Source: Patescibacteria group bacterium
GTDB taxonomy: Bacteria > Patescibacteriota > Patescibacteriia > UBA1558 > UBA10009
Assembly: GCA_018818425.1 (NCBI GenBank)
Contig: JAHISB010000018.1
Location: forward strand, 16,390-80,389
Length of the DNA: 64,000 bases
Reading direction: 5' to 3'
Every line of letters begins with the position of its first letter. Position 1 is the stretch's first letter. Of this stretch, positions 19,401 through 28,933 are shown piece by piece. The notes below the pieces were generated by a model. The model was not told the origin of the DNA. It did no database searches and saw only the letters and a list, made by a program, of their open reading frames with translations. The translations under genes were made by a program, and so were the position numbers.

Positions 19401-19843
19401 AAACAACCGTCGGCATTATCTATATGCTTAAGCTAAATCATCTGGTAGAGGATAAAATCCACCAGCGCTCTATCGGCCCTTACTCGCTGGTGACGCAGCA
19501 GCCCTTGGGCGGCAAGGCCCAGGGCGGCGGCCAGCGTTTTGGTGAAATGGAGGTTTGGGCACTAGAAGCTTTTGGCGCCGCCTACACTCTGCAGGAAATT
19601 TTAACTATTAAATCCGATGATGTATCCGGCCGCTCTAAAGCTTATGAGTCTATAATTAAAGGCGAGCCGGTCACTAAACTAAATATTCCCGAATCTTTTA
19701 ATGTCTTAGTTAGGGAGCTTAAGGGTTTAGGCTTAGATGTCGAACTTTTAAAGAACGGTAAAAACATGTCTCAAATTAAACCCAAAAGAAGCGAGGACGA
19801 TCCCCGAGAAATAGAGTTTAGCTCAAAAAAAGAATCTAAATAA
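16442..19843 (+). CDS. rpoB: RNA polymerase subunit beta
   Basis: [59 protein letters not shown]. Confidence 0.99.
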   Translation: MPQPASERKYFTKSKIATPLPNLIEIQKNSYQWFIDNGLKELFDEVSPIKDFIGRNLELYFEDYYLDEPKFDEVTAKSKNITFEAPLRVKGKLVNERTGEIKEQEVYLGDLPLMTERGTFIINGVERVVVSQLIRSAGAFFTSENVRGKKFYGAKIIPNRGAWLELETDSNHVIYVKIDRKRKIPITALLRAFGLPTPEIIKAFQEVETAPDINYTNNTIKKDVSSNEEEALIEVYKRIRPGDLATPDNAKSLIYSMFFNFDRYDFGTVGRYKLNKKFGEDLPITKDNRILRVEDLIKVVKEIIRLNNTQEDADDIDHLGNRRVRAIGELVQNKFRIGLARMERIVKDRMSTLDINNLTPNQLINARPVIGSIKEFFMSSQLSQFMDQTNPLAELEHKRRLSAMGPGGLSRERAGFEVRDVHRTHYGRICPIATPEGPNIGLVGHLAAYAKINEYGFIETPFRKIIHNPKNNPSKTTDKIARKDIKHPQTQETIVKEGEIISAGLAKKLAALAELETIPVKPQVTNEIEYLDAFTEERYNTASATTPLDENGYFINNYAEMRIKGKPSFAPVHKIDYLDVAPNQIISVATSLIPFLEHDDAVRALMGTNMQRQAVSVIRPEAPVVGTGVEYRAAKDSGQVIVAKDDGLVTEVQSNRIIITTSNEEQIYNLGKFVRSNASTCMNQHPLVDKNEKVKKGQVIADGGATDNGELALGRNVLVSFMAWEGGNYEDAILISERVVQNDLYTSIHIENYSIDIRDTKLGPEVITRDIPNVSEEKLKDLDEEGIVRIGAQVTASDILVGKITPKGETELSAEEKLLRAIFGEKAKDVRDSSLYLEHGEHGKVIDIKIFSREQGDKLSAGVIKTIQITVAQLRKVQPGDKLAGRHGNKGVISRIVPVENMPFLADGTPVDIILNPLGVISRMNLGQLLETHLGFAVQKLGYKVASPALDGVPIEKIKEELQKANLPVDGKIQLYDGRTGEPFNKKTTVGIIYMLKLNHLVEDKIHQRSIGPYSLVTQQPLGGKAQGGGQRFGEMEVWALEAFGAAYTLQEILTIKSDDVSGRSKAYESIIKGEPVTKLNIPESFNVLVRELKGLGLDVELLKNGKNMSQIKPKRSEDDPREIEFSSKKESK

Positions 19844-19862
19844 AAATAATTAAATAGCTTAA

Positions 19863-19900
19863 CTACTCACTACATACTACATACTACATACTACTCACTA
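19863..19900 (+). repeat. 7-mer tandem tract between rpoB and rpoC
   Basis: ctactca ctacata ctacata ctacata ctactca cta, ending 4 nt before the rpoC ATG. Confidence 0.9.
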
Positions 19901-19904
19901 AAAT

Positions 19905-22900
19905 ATGCCAACTCCTTCATCAACTAAAACAACTTTTATTGCCGAGGGCGCTGCCCAGCTTCAGGATTTTGATGCTATTAGGTTAAAGCTGGCTTCGCCG
20001 GAAAAAATCCATAACTGGTCTTATGGCGAAGTTTTAAAACCAGAAACCATTAATTATCGCACCCAAAAACCGGAAAAAGACGGGCTATTCTGCGAAAAAA
20101 TCTTCGGCCCCTCTAAGGACTGGGAATGCTATTGCGGTAAATATAAAAGAATCCGCTACAAGGGCATTATCTGCGATAAATGCGGGGTGGAAGTTACCCG
20201 TTCCATAGTCAGAAGAGAAAGAATGGGCCATATCGATCTGGCCGCGCCGGTTTCTCATATCTGGTTTTTAAGGGGCATCCCTTCTAAAATCGGCTTGGTT
20301 TTGAATCTTTCTATTCAGGAAATAGAAAAGGTTATTTATTTTGCCTCCTTTATTATTACCGAAGTTGATGAAGAGTTAAAAAAGCAAACTTACGATCAGA
20401 TTCAGGGCGAGCTAAAAAGTAAAAAGAAAGCTATTGAAAAAGAGTTTGTTCAAAAACTTAATCAGCTTAACGGCCAAAGAGAGAAAATTTCGGCCAGTCA
20501 ATTCCCTAAAGAAATGGAGCTACTGGAAAAAACTAAAGAGGAAAAAAATAAAACTTTAGAAGAAGCTTTTGATCAGGCCAAAAAAGAGCTTAAAGATTTA
20601 AAGCCCCTAAAAATAATTTCGGAAAACGAATACTATAATCTGTCCCGCCGCTACGGCCATCTTTTTGAAGCCGGCATTGGCGCCGAGGCGATTAGAAAGC
20701 TTTTGACTAAAGTTGATTTAGAAAAATTGGCTCAAGGATTAGACGGACAAACAGCCATAGCCATCCCTTCTAAAAAGAAAAAGCTGTCGCGGCAAACCAG
20801 ACTGATCAAAAGCCTGCTCAAAAATAAAATCAGGCCGGAATGGATGATTCTGACTGCCGTGCCGGTTATTCCTCCTGATCTGCGGCCAATGGTCCAGCTG
20901 GACGGCGGGCGCTTTGCCACCTCCGATTTAAACGATCTTTACCGTAGAATCATTAACCGAAATAACCGCCTTAAAAAATTAAAGGAGCTTAACGCACCGG
21001 AAGTTATCCAGCGCAACGAAAAAAGGATGCTCCAAGAAGCGGTTGATGCCTTAATCGATAATGGCGCCCGTCACGGCAAAACCGTAACGGCCTCTACCGG
21101 CCAAAAAAGAATGCTTAAAAGCATTGCCGATATCCTTAAAGGCAAGCAGGGCCGCTTTAGACAAAATTTATTAGGCAAAAGAATCGACTACTCCGGCCGC
21201 AGTGTTATTGTTATCGGCCCTAAGCTGGAAATGAGCCAGTGCGGCCTGCCTAAAACCATGGCTTTAGAGCTCTTTAGGCCTTTTGTAATTTCTAAATTAA
21301 TTCAAAGGGAGATTGTTCATAATGTCAGAAGCGCTAACCGCTATATTGAACAGGATCATCCGGAAATTTGGGATATTTTAGAAGAAGTTACTAAAAAAAG
21401 CCACGTCCTTTTAAACCGCGCTCCCACCCTGCATCGCCTGGGCATTCAGGCCTTTCAGCCGGTTTTAATCGAAGGCAAGGCCATCCAGGTCCATCCCATG
21501 GTCTGCAAGGCGTTTAATGCCGATTTCGACGGCGACCAGATGGCTGTGCATGTGCCCATTACCGAAGAGGCTAAAAAGGAAGCGGCCGAAATAATGCTGT
21601 CGGTTAATAATCTTTTAAAGCCGGCAACCGGCGAACCGGTAACCACGCCGGACCAGGATATTGTCTGGGGCTGTTACTATTTAACTTTTATTAATCCCAA
21701 GCAGGACCAGCCCGTTAAATATCTTTCTTCAGTAGAGGAAGGCAAAATAGCCCAGAGCCTTAAAAAAATCAGACTGCACGACCGGATAGCTTTAAAAATA
21801 AAGGGCAATTTAACCGAAACCACCGTTGGCCGCTTAATTTTTAACGAAATCATTCCGCCGGAAATTGGCTTTATCAACGAAGAGATGAACGCCAAAACTT
21901 TAAAAAAATTAGTGGCCGACATTCTTAACAGCTGCGGCCGCAAAGCCACCACTAAATTTTTGGATCAAATCAAAAAACTGGGCTACGAAACCATTACCTA
22001 CTCCGGCCTTTCCTGGGGCATCGACGACATACCTTCCGTTAAAGAAAAGGGTCAGTTGATAAAAGAAGGCGAAAAGAAAATCGAACAGATTCAGGAACAG
22101 TACGAGCAGGGATTATTAACTAACAAGGAGCGCTACGTTAAAGTAGTGGAAACCTGGAACGAGATCAAGGATAGAATTTATAAAATCAGCCAGGAATCTT
22201 TTGATACCTCCAGCTCGCTTTATTCGATTATTAATTCCGGAGCCAGGGGTTCCTGGGCGCAGATGATTCAAATTATGGGCATGAAGGGCCTAGTTATCAA
22301 TCCCGCCGGTGAAATTATGGAACTGCCGGTTAAAGCTAATTTCCAGGAAGGCTTGGATGTTTTAGAATATTTTATTTCTACCCACGGCACCAGAAAAGGG
22401 CTGTCCGATACCGCCCTAAGAACTGCCAACGCCGGCTACCTGACCAGGCGCTTAGTGGATGTGTCCCAGGATTTAGTAATTATGGAAGAAGACTGCGGGG
22501 ATCAAGAAGGGCTTGTTTTAACCAAAAAAGACAGGGAGGAAATGGGAGAAGATGTCGGCACCCTGATTTTCGGCCGCGTTCTTTTAAAAAACATTGTTGA
22601 TCCTAAAACTAAAAAAACTCTGATCAAGGCCGGCAAGCTGGTTGACCAAAATGATGTTAATAAAATAAAAAATATAGATATCCAGGAAATACATCTCCGC
22701 TCCTTAATTTCCTGCCAATCGACCAGGGGGGTCTGCCAAAAATGCTATGGTTACGATTTAGGCTACAATCAACCGGTTCAGAAAGGGGTGGCCGTGGGCA
22801 TTATAGCGGCTCAAAGCATCGGCGAACCGGGCACCCAGCTGACCATGAGAACTTTTCATACCGGCGGCGTGGCCGGCCAGGATATTACCCAGGGTTTGCC

Positions 22901-23768
22901 AAGAGTCGAAGAAATTTTTGAAGCCCGATCGCCTAAAAAATCGGCGATTCTGGCAGAGGTTGGCGGCCAAGTTATTATCGATAAAGATCAGCCCGGCGGC
23001 TCCAGAACACAGAGAAAAATCCAAATCCGCTATCAGGGCAAGGTTAAAAACAGTATTGCGGTTAATGAAGATTATAATGTTATAGTTAAAGACGGGCAAA
23101 ACGTTGAAAATAAAGATATCCTGATGAAGCACAAAGAGGATAAAAAAAATATTGTGGCTAATTGCGCCGGTTATATACGCCTGGCTGACAATTTGATCCA
23201 GATAATCTCCCCCGAGGAAACCGAGGAAGAAGTCATTATCCCGCCCGGTTATGTTTTATGGGTAAAAGACGGCGATGAAGTTAAAACGGGCGATTCTTTA
23301 ACCGAAGGCAGTCTGGATTTACAGAAACTTTATAAATACCAGGGCAAACAGGCCGTTCAAAAATATATTATTAAAGAAATTCTCTATATTTATTCCTCCC
23401 AGGGCCAGAAATTAAACATTAAACATATCGAATTAATTATCAGGCAGATGTTTTCCAAAATTTATATACAAAATTCAGGCGATACTGACCTGCTTCCCGG
23501 CGAGATTGTCACCAGCGCCCAATTCTCCGAAGAAAATGCCAAAGTTAAAAAAGAAAAAGGCCAGTTAGCTACAGGCACCACTCTTCTTTTGGGCATAACT
23601 AAGTCCTCCCTGGCCACCGACAGCTTTTTATCGGCCGCTTCGTTCCAGGAAACTGCCCGGGTTTTAATTGACGCGGCCATCAACGGCAAAGTAGACACTC
23701 TAAGGGGCCTTAAAGAAAATGTAATTATCGGCCGGCTGATTCCGGCCGGCACCGGCTTTAGAGAATAA
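19905..23768 (+). CDS. rpoC: RNA polymerase subunit beta'
   Basis: Zn-finger CYCGKY...CDKC, NADFDGDQMAVH, GEPGTQLTMRTFH, LKENVIIGRLIPAGTG. Confidence 0.99.
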   Translation: MPTPSSTKTTFIAEGAAQLQDFDAIRLKLASPEKIHNWSYGEVLKPETINYRTQKPEKDGLFCEKIFGPSKDWECYCGKYKRIRYKGIICDKCGVEVTRSIVRRERMGHIDLAAPVSHIWFLRGIPSKIGLVLNLSIQEIEKVIYFASFIITEVDEELKKQTYDQIQGELKSKKKAIEKEFVQKLNQLNGQREKISASQFPKEMELLEKTKEEKNKTLEEAFDQAKKELKDLKPLKIISENEYYNLSRRYGHLFEAGIGAEAIRKLLTKVDLEKLAQGLDGQTAIAIPSKKKKLSRQTRLIKSLLKNKIRPEWMILTAVPVIPPDLRPMVQLDGGRFATSDLNDLYRRIINRNNRLKKLKELNAPEVIQRNEKRMLQEAVDALIDNGARHGKTVTASTGQKRMLKSIADILKGKQGRFRQNLLGKRIDYSGRSVIVIGPKLEMSQCGLPKTMALELFRPFVISKLIQREIVHNVRSANRYIEQDHPEIWDILEEVTKKSHVLLNRAPTLHRLGIQAFQPVLIEGKAIQVHPMVCKAFNADFDGDQMAVHVPITEEAKKEAAEIMLSVNNLLKPATGEPVTTPDQDIVWGCYYLTFINPKQDQPVKYLSSVEEGKIAQSLKKIRLHDRIALKIKGNLTETTVGRLIFNEIIPPEIGFINEEMNAKTLKKLVADILNSCGRKATTKFLDQIKKLGYETITYSGLSWGIDDIPSVKEKGQLIKEGEKKIEQIQEQYEQGLLTNKERYVKVVETWNEIKDRIYKISQESFDTSSSLYSIINSGARGSWAQMIQIMGMKGLVINPAGEIMELPVKANFQEGLDVLEYFISTHGTRKGLSDTALRTANAGYLTRRLVDVSQDLVIMEEDCGDQEGLVLTKKDREEMGEDVGTLIFGRVLLKNIVDPKTKKTLIKAGKLVDQNDVNKIKNIDIQEIHLRSLISCQSTRGVCQKCYGYDLGYNQPVQKGVAVGIIAAQSIGEPGTQLTMRTFHTGGVAGQDITQGLPRVEEIFEARSPKKSAILAEVGGQVIIDKDQPGGSRTQRKIQIRYQGKVKNSIAVNEDYNVIVKDGQNVENKDILMKHKEDKKNIVANCAGYIRLADNLIQIISPEETEEEVIIPPGYVLWVKDGDEVKTGDSLTEGSLDLQKLYKYQGKQAVQKYIIKEILYIYSSQGQKLNIKHIELIIRQMFSKIYIQNSGDTDLLPGEIVTSAQFSEENAKVKKEKGQLATGTTLLLGITKSSLATDSFLSAASFQETARVLIDAAINGKVDTLRGLKENVIIGRLIPAGTGFRE

Positions 23769-23787
23769 TTATCTCAACTTTTTGAAT

Positions 23788-23826
23788 ATCAAAAACTCCC
23801 CGGTTTGATTTGGGGAGTTTTTTGAT
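23788..23826 (+). terminator. Intrinsic terminator after rpoC
   Basis: ATCAAAAACTCCCC-loop-GGGGAGTTTTTTGAT. Confidence 0.85.
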
Positions 23827-23860
23827 TTTCTAGACTATTTGATTATAAGCGCCGTTGTCC

Positions 23861-23995
23861 GCGGATAACGCTGAGACGCGCTGACCATTAGCTGATATCC
23901 GCCGAGGCGCGCTGATACAAAATTTATCAGCGAATATCCGCCCGCTTCGACTCCGAAGCGAGGCGAGCGCGCCTCGGCGTGTCTTGGCGGTTATC
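23861..23995. repeat. 135-bp MITE-like element, copy 1 (10-mer GCTGA/TCAGC subrepeats plus an inserted palindrome)
   Basis: Near-identical to 25462-25597; imperfect self-complementary ends. Confidence 0.9.
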
Positions 23996-24060
23996 AGCGA
24001 TACACGATATACGATACCCACCTCCGCTAAAGCTACGGCGAGGCAGGCACGATTTGCGAT

Positions 24061-25401
24061 TTATTCCCACATTAAAGCCGCTTGTTCATATAGAGGCAAA
24101 ACTTTCTCCAGTAATATAATTAACGGTTCTTTGCTTAAAGTTAAAGGAGGGTTAGGCCCAAGCGCTTCCCTATCCTCATCAAAAATTTTAGCAATTTCCA
24201 GATATTTTTGAGCTAATTGATAGTTGCCTTTTTCTTGAAAATAATAATACAGCGCCACCGCGCTTGGCGTATCATAATCATAAGTATAACCCCGGGAAAT
24301 GTTAAAATTGTTATCAGAATTTTTTAAATACTCAATAGTCTTTTTGATATTGGCCGGAGCTTCAACCGCATTCTTTTTATTTATAACATAAAGCTCTGCT
24401 TCTATTTTTGGCTGGCCGGTTTTTTCAAACCAGAACATTTGGTGATTATCGCTCCAAGAGCCGATAAATTCTTCGTAGGCTAAAAACCAGGTGTCTTCTA
24501 TTAAATTCGCTCCCAAGAAATCTTTAGGAAATCTTTCGTGGGAAACTTCAGGCGAACCAAGCCAGACCCCTTTATTGTTATAACCTGCCAAGGCAATAAA
24601 ACTGTCGTTCACATGAACAATGGGAATAAGACCGGCATTTAACAATTTTTTGGCAAAAAGAAACTCCTCATCAACATCTTTAAAGTAAATTAAATTTTCA
24701 AACTTAATACCGGGCACCACATTTTCCGGCGGATGGATCGGGCTGGTTGAACCGCGGTAAACTTCGTAGCCCAAATTCTTAAAAGCATAAAAATTATTCA
24801 TGCCCGGGCCGTAGCGTTCGGAACTGTTTCTGCCCGCGGTAAAAAGAATGGGCTGACCATAAAGAACATATTCATAAAGGTCAATCTCCGGCTCCAGATA
24901 ATGGATAATCCCCGAGCCGGTTTGCAGCCAGCAAAAGCCGCCGGTCGTAATTAAATAACTGGGTACCGGATATTTGACTTCGTCCAAAACCTGTTCCGGT
25001 AGTAGAGTTTTAAAGCTGGCAGCCAAATGCGCCTGATCCTTTTGATATTCCAGCTCATACTTAAAAACCCCTTTAGCCGCCAAAAGAGCTAAAGCCAGAA
25101 AAACAATCAAACCCGGAATAACAATATTCTTAAATTTAAGGCCTTTTTCTGCCTGAACTTTTCTGGCTTTGAAAAAAACATCTGCTAACGCATAAAGATA
25201 AATAAAAACCAGAGCGCCTAAAACCAAATAAGAGCGGGGATTATTAAAAACCAAAAAAGTACTGCTTTTGTAAAAAACAACAAACCATAAAAAGGAGATG
25301 GTTATAATAAAAACAGCCGCATTAGAATAACTGCCGATATACAAATGGCCAAGGCCGGGATAGAAAATGGTTAGCAACAGGGCTAGTTTTTTATTCTTCA
25401 T
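24061..25401 (-). CDS. Membrane-anchored hypothetical protein with a possible papain/C39-like extracellular domain
   Basis: N-terminal PGLGHLY TM bundle; GGFCW and F.AL.GY.....L..P pattern. Confidence 0.6.
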   Translation of the reverse strand: MKNKKLALLLTIFYPGLGHLYIGSYSNAAVFIITISFLWFVVFYKSSTFLVFNNPRSYLVLGALVFIYLYALADVFFKARKVQAEKGLKFKNIVIPGLIVFLALALLAAKGVFKYELEYQKDQAHLAASFKTLLPEQVLDEVKYPVPSYLITTGGFCWLQTGSGIIHYLEPEIDLYEYVLYGQPILFTAGRNSSERYGPGMNNFYAFKNLGYEVYRGSTSPIHPPENVVPGIKFENLIYFKDVDEEFLFAKKLLNAGLIPIVHVNDSFIALAGYNNKGVWLGSPEVSHERFPKDFLGANLIEDTWFLAYEEFIGSWSDNHQMFWFEKTGQPKIEAELYVINKKNAVEAPANIKKTIEYLKNSDNNFNISRGYTYDYDTPSAVALYYYFQEKGNYQLAQKYLEIAKIFDEDREALGPNPPLTLSKEPLIILLEKVLPLYEQAALMWE

Positions 25402-25461
25402 ACTATAATTTTAGCATCTTTAGGTAAAACATTAAACTCTTTGTCTGAAACGCCGATGCAT

Positions 25462-25597
25462 GCGGATAACGCTGAGACGCGCTGACCATTAGCTGATATC
25501 CGCCGAGACGCGCTGATACAAAATTTATCAGCGAATATCCGCCCGCTTCGACGAGTAAAGCGAGGCGAGCGCGCCTCGGCGTGTCTTGGCGGTTATC
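25462..25597. repeat. 136-bp MITE-like element, copy 2
   Basis: Direct repeat of 23861-23995; differs by one substitution and in the loop of the inner palindrome. Confidence 0.9.
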
Positions 25598-25762
25598 TGC
25601 AAACTCTGGCAAACTTATGGGCCTCCGAAAACTGTTTGGACAGGATTTCCTAAAAAAAACTTGCCGGATGATGTAAAGGCAAAAGTTAAAACTTCAGCCA
25701 TAAAAACCGCTGGCATCTACGGCCGATAAAAAACCCGCGAATACAGAGTAACAGGTCTTATT

Positions 25763-26776
25763 TTATTTACGGCTACCCCGACCCGCTAACTGCCCGCAAG
25801 CCGCCATAATATCTTGCCCAAAACTATTCCGCTGGGTTACCTTAACTCTATTGTCTTCTAAAACTTTTTTAAAGGCCATAATTTGTTTTTTATCCGAAGC
25901 TTTAAATTTTCCGGTCGGATTATAAGGAATTAAATTAACTACAAACAAATGATTGTTTATAATTTGGCTCAATTGTTTGGCCATAAATAAACTGTCGTTA
26001 ACGCCCTTAATCAGCAAATATTCAAACATCACCTGCCGGCCGGTTCTTTTTATATAATCATTGACTGTTGCCATAACTTTTTCTAAAGAATACTTTTTAT
26101 TTATGGGCATCAGTTTAGACCTAAGCTCATTGGTCGGCGCATTTAAAGAAATAGCCAAATTTATCTGAAGTTTTTCCTTAGCCAATTTTTGAATACCCGG
26201 AATTACGCCGCAAGTGGAAATAGAAAAATGCCTGGCGCCTAAATTAAAACCTTCGGAATCGTTTAAAATTTTTATGGCCCAAATAACGTTATCATAGTTT
26301 AAAAACGGCTCACCCATGCCCATAAAAATAATGTTGGTGATTTTATGGTTAGAAACATTTAAACTTTTTAAGTAACGGGCCATAACCAGCGCCTGATTGA
26401 TTATTTCGTCCGGCTCCAAATCCCGCTTATACCCCATTTGTCCGGTGGCGCAAAACCGGCAACTAATCTGGCAACCGACTTGCGATGAAACGCACAGGCT
26501 GTTCCGCCCGTCTGAATTTTTTAATAAAACTGTTTCTATTTTTTGGCCATCGGCTAAAGTAATTAAAGCTTTAACGGCCTTATTGTTTTTGGAAATAAAG
26601 AATTCCGCTTTAACTTCCAGCGGATAATCTTTGTTTAAACTTTCCCTGAGTTCTAAAGGAAAGTTGATGGCCTTAGACCAGTTATCGATTAAATCTTGGT
26701 AAACTGCTCTTTGGGCTTGTTTTAATCGATACTTAACCTGACCGATAAAATGTTGGTGTAAATTGTGTAAAGGCAT
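25763..26776 (-). CDS. rlmN: 23S rRNA m2A2503 methyltransferase (radical SAM)
   Basis: CVSSQVGC...C.FCATG, FMGMGEP, NLIPYN, DI.AACGQL. Confidence 0.95.
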   Translation of the reverse strand: MPLHNLHQHFIGQVKYRLKQAQRAVYQDLIDNWSKAINFPLELRESLNKDYPLEVKAEFFISKNNKAVKALITLADGQKIETVLLKNSDGRNSLCVSSQVGCQISCRFCATGQMGYKRDLEPDEIINQALVMARYLKSLNVSNHKITNIIFMGMGEPFLNYDNVIWAIKILNDSEGFNLGARHFSISTCGVIPGIQKLAKEKLQINLAISLNAPTNELRSKLMPINKKYSLEKVMATVNDYIKRTGRQVMFEYLLIKGVNDSLFMAKQLSQIINNHLFVVNLIPYNPTGKFKASDKKQIMAFKKVLEDNRVKVTQRNSFGQDIMAACGQLAGRGSRK

Positions 26777-26896
26777 ATAAAACTTATTTTTTATTTTCTT
26801 CTGTGAATTTTTTTATATTTACGCCTTAATTCTACCAATTTCAGAGAAATTAAAAAACCCTTTTTACGATTAAACAAAGCACGGGGGGCTTTGGTT

Positions 26897-27409
26897 TTAT
26901 TTTATTTTAGCATAAAGATAATCATCGTAATATTTGCCATTTTTTTCAGCGTGCTTTTTTAACAAACCCTCCTTTTTAAAGCCCGATTTAAATAGGACTT
27001 TTTGCGAGGCCTTGTTAAAAGTAAACACATAAGCAAAAATTCTTTTTAATTTTAATCTATTAAAACCATAATTAACAACTAATCTAACGGCCCGAGTCAT
27101 AATCCCTTGGCCCCAGTATTTTTCCGCCAGCCAATAGCCGATTTCCGCCTGGTGGCCCTCGATTCTGACCAAGCCAATGCCGCCGGCTACTTCGCTGTTA
27201 ATGTCGATAGCCCATTTGAATCCACTTTTACGGTTCCTGGCCTTCATACTTCTTTTAATCCAGCTTCTGGCGCCATTGATAGTGTAGGGGTATTTGATTC
27301 TTAAAGTATTACGATAAATTTTCTTGTTATTAATATTCTTAAACAAAGAAAAAGCGTCCTCTTTTCTAAAAGGCCTTAAAGTAAATTCTTTAGTTTTTAT
27401 TATTGGCAT
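26897..27409 (-). CDS. GNAT acetyltransferase, RimJ/RimL family
   Basis: LRPF...DA, AEIGYWL...YWGQGIMT, N.AS.KVL.K.GF..EG. Confidence 0.9.
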   Translation of the reverse strand: MPIIKTKEFTLRPFRKEDAFSLFKNINNKKIYRNTLRIKYPYTINGARSWIKRSMKARNRKSGFKWAIDINSEVAGGIGLVRIEGHQAEIGYWLAEKYWGQGIMTRAVRLVVNYGFNRLKLKRIFAYVFTFNKASQKVLFKSGFKKEGLLKKHAEKNGKYYDDYLYAKIK

Positions 27410-27498
27410 ATATTTATTTTAGCAGGTTTTGGGGAAATAAAATCGAGCTCAGGCCAGCTCAGCTTTGCCTATGGCCGGCGCGATTTGCGATCGGTTCT

Positions 27499-27798
27499 TT
27501 AATTAAATACAACTTTTAATTCTTTACCAAAGGCCTTGGCTAATTTATCCAGCATTTCCACAGTAAAATTCTGCTGTCCTGTTTCCATTCTGGCAATATT
27601 ACTCTGCGTAGTGCCGATTTTTTTGGCAACTTCCGACTGGGTCATTCCCATTTTCTTGCGCAACCTAATTAGACTGAGAGAAATCTCTAGCTGTTTGCCG
27701 TAATAATCGAACAACTTTTTATATTCAGGATTTTTTAAGTCCTCCCTTAATATATCATCAAAATCCGTTAGCTTTATTTTTTTTGATTTAGAGATCAT
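27499..27798 (-). CDS. XRE-family HTH antitoxin (HigA-like)
   Basis: RLRKKMGMTQSEVAKKIGTTQSNIARMETG HTH; directly downstream of the toxin gene. Confidence 0.85.
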   Translation of the reverse strand: MISKSKKIKLTDFDDILREDLKNPEYKKLFDYYGKQLEISLSLIRLRKKMGMTQSEVAKKIGTTQSNIARMETGQQNFTVEMLDKLAKAFGKELKVVFN

Positions 27799-28159
27799 AT
27801 TTATGTAGATTGTTCATAAAGTCATAATAATTATTTAAAGCTTTTCTAATTTCTTTCCTTGGCGCCTTTTGGGATTTTTTAAAGAAGGCGTGTAATAAAA
27901 TTATATTTTTATTAATAAAAGAAAAATAAAATACTCTATGCCGGTTTCGCCCAAAATCAACTTTCAACTCTCGAATCTTGCCTGTTATATGCCTTGAAAG
28001 CGGTTCATCTAGATAGCCTTTACTTTCTTTTAAATACTCTAAATATTTTTCTATTTTTAACCTGTCTTTAATATTTATTTTTAATAGATAATCTAAAACC
28101 GGCTCTTTTTCGTTTCGGCTATTCTTATAGAATTTTACCTTATATTCACTATATATCAT
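27788..28159 (-). CDS. RelE/ParE-superfamily toxin (HigB/Gp49-like)
   Basis: V.FY......PV..YL, IRELKV, R.FY, IILLHAF.KKSQK.P..EI. Confidence 0.85.
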   Translation of the reverse strand: MIYSEYKVKFYKNSRNEKEPVLDYLLKINIKDRLKIEKYLEYLKESKGYLDEPLSRHITGKIRELKVDFGRNRHRVFYFSFINKNIILLHAFFKKSQKAPRKEIRKALNNYYDFMNNLHKYDL

Positions 28160-28176
28160 ATGTGATATGTTGTCAA
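28153..28176 (-). promoter_or_regulatory. Putative TA operator palindrome next to a -35 box
   Basis: ATATCA-TATG-TGATAT overlapping the toxin start; TTGACA on the minus strand at 28171-28176. Confidence 0.5.
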
Positions 28177-28317
28177 ATTAATAAAATAAAAAAGCCATTC
28201 CCGAGACTGGCTCGGTAAATGACCCTTTAGCCCTAAATCCATAGTGGTTCAGGGTTTAGCTGTATCTTATATAACCTGAAAATAATGTCAAATTAGAAAA
28301 GCCCCCCCCCTGTCTAA

Positions 28318-28397
28318 GACGCTGATATGCGCGGATATGCGCTGACCATTAGCTGATGCCGACTCGCCTCGCTTCGACTCTGCAAAGCGAGGAGGGT
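28318..28397. repeat. Partial copy of the 23861/25462 element
   Basis: gcgctgaccattagctgat followed by the ctcgcttcgactctgcaaagcgag palindrome. Confidence 0.7.
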
Positions 28398-28401
28398 TAT
28401 T

Positions 28402-28818
28402 TTATTTTAGCAAATATTGGACTAAATACTTTTTAATACAGCCGGGCAACAGTTTAAAAGTTGGCAATTCACTAATTTCCAGCCAGATAATGGAAATATG
28501 GCCTTCCTGGCATTTAATTGATTTGGGCTTTTTAGTTTTTAAATCAACTTGGTACAAAAAATTTATTTCGTGATGATAAACATTATTATGAGTAAAGGAA
28601 TTTTCAAAAAATTCAAGGAATTTTAAATTATTAATTTCTGCTCCCAGCTCTTCCCTGATTTCCCTTTTAAGGGCTTGCTTTATTCCCTCGCCCATCTCCA
28701 AATGCCCGCCCGGCAAATAATAAATCGGCGGATGGTCATTAGATTTACAAACTAAAATTTTATCATCATCAATAATAATAGCTCTTAATATTATTTCAAT
28801 GTGATTAGGGCGGGGCAT
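28402..28818 (-). CDS. NUDIX hydrolase
   Basis: Nudix box LPGGHLEMGE....ALKREIREELG. Confidence 0.92.
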   Translation of the reverse strand: MPRPNHIEIILRAIIIDDDKILVCKSNDHPPIYYLPGGHLEMGEGIKQALKREIREELGAEINNLKFLEFFENSFTHNNVYHHEINFLYQVDLKTKKPKSIKCQEGHISIIWLEISELPTFKLLPGCIKKYLVQYLLK

Positions 28819-28933
28819 GGATTTATTATAAATATCTATAAGTTTAAATTTATTTTTTAATCCAATTCATCCATCACTTCCGGGGCATTGGCGGTTGGCG
28901 GGAAGCCAGCGCGCCGCCTGGCAACCGCCCGGG

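Noticed and set aside
16442-23768. Inteins or introns in rpoB, rpoC (also polA, recA)
   Set aside because: Lengths are ordinary and no C/S...HN intein ends or LAGLIDADG motifs are seen; extra segments look like lineage-specific domains
23861-25597. CRISPR array or leader suggested by the repeats
   Set aside because: Only two long copies flanking a gene; no regular repeat-spacer periodicity and no cas genes in the window
23830-25612. ORFs 23830-24021, 23984-24211 and 25403-25612
   Set aside because: They are translations of the 135-bp repeat element
25601-25729. Possible 3' gene remnant (KLWQTYGPPKTVWTGFPKKNLPDDVK...) right after repeat copy 2
   Set aside because: Only 42 codons, no convincing start and no family I can recognise; cannot be supported without a search
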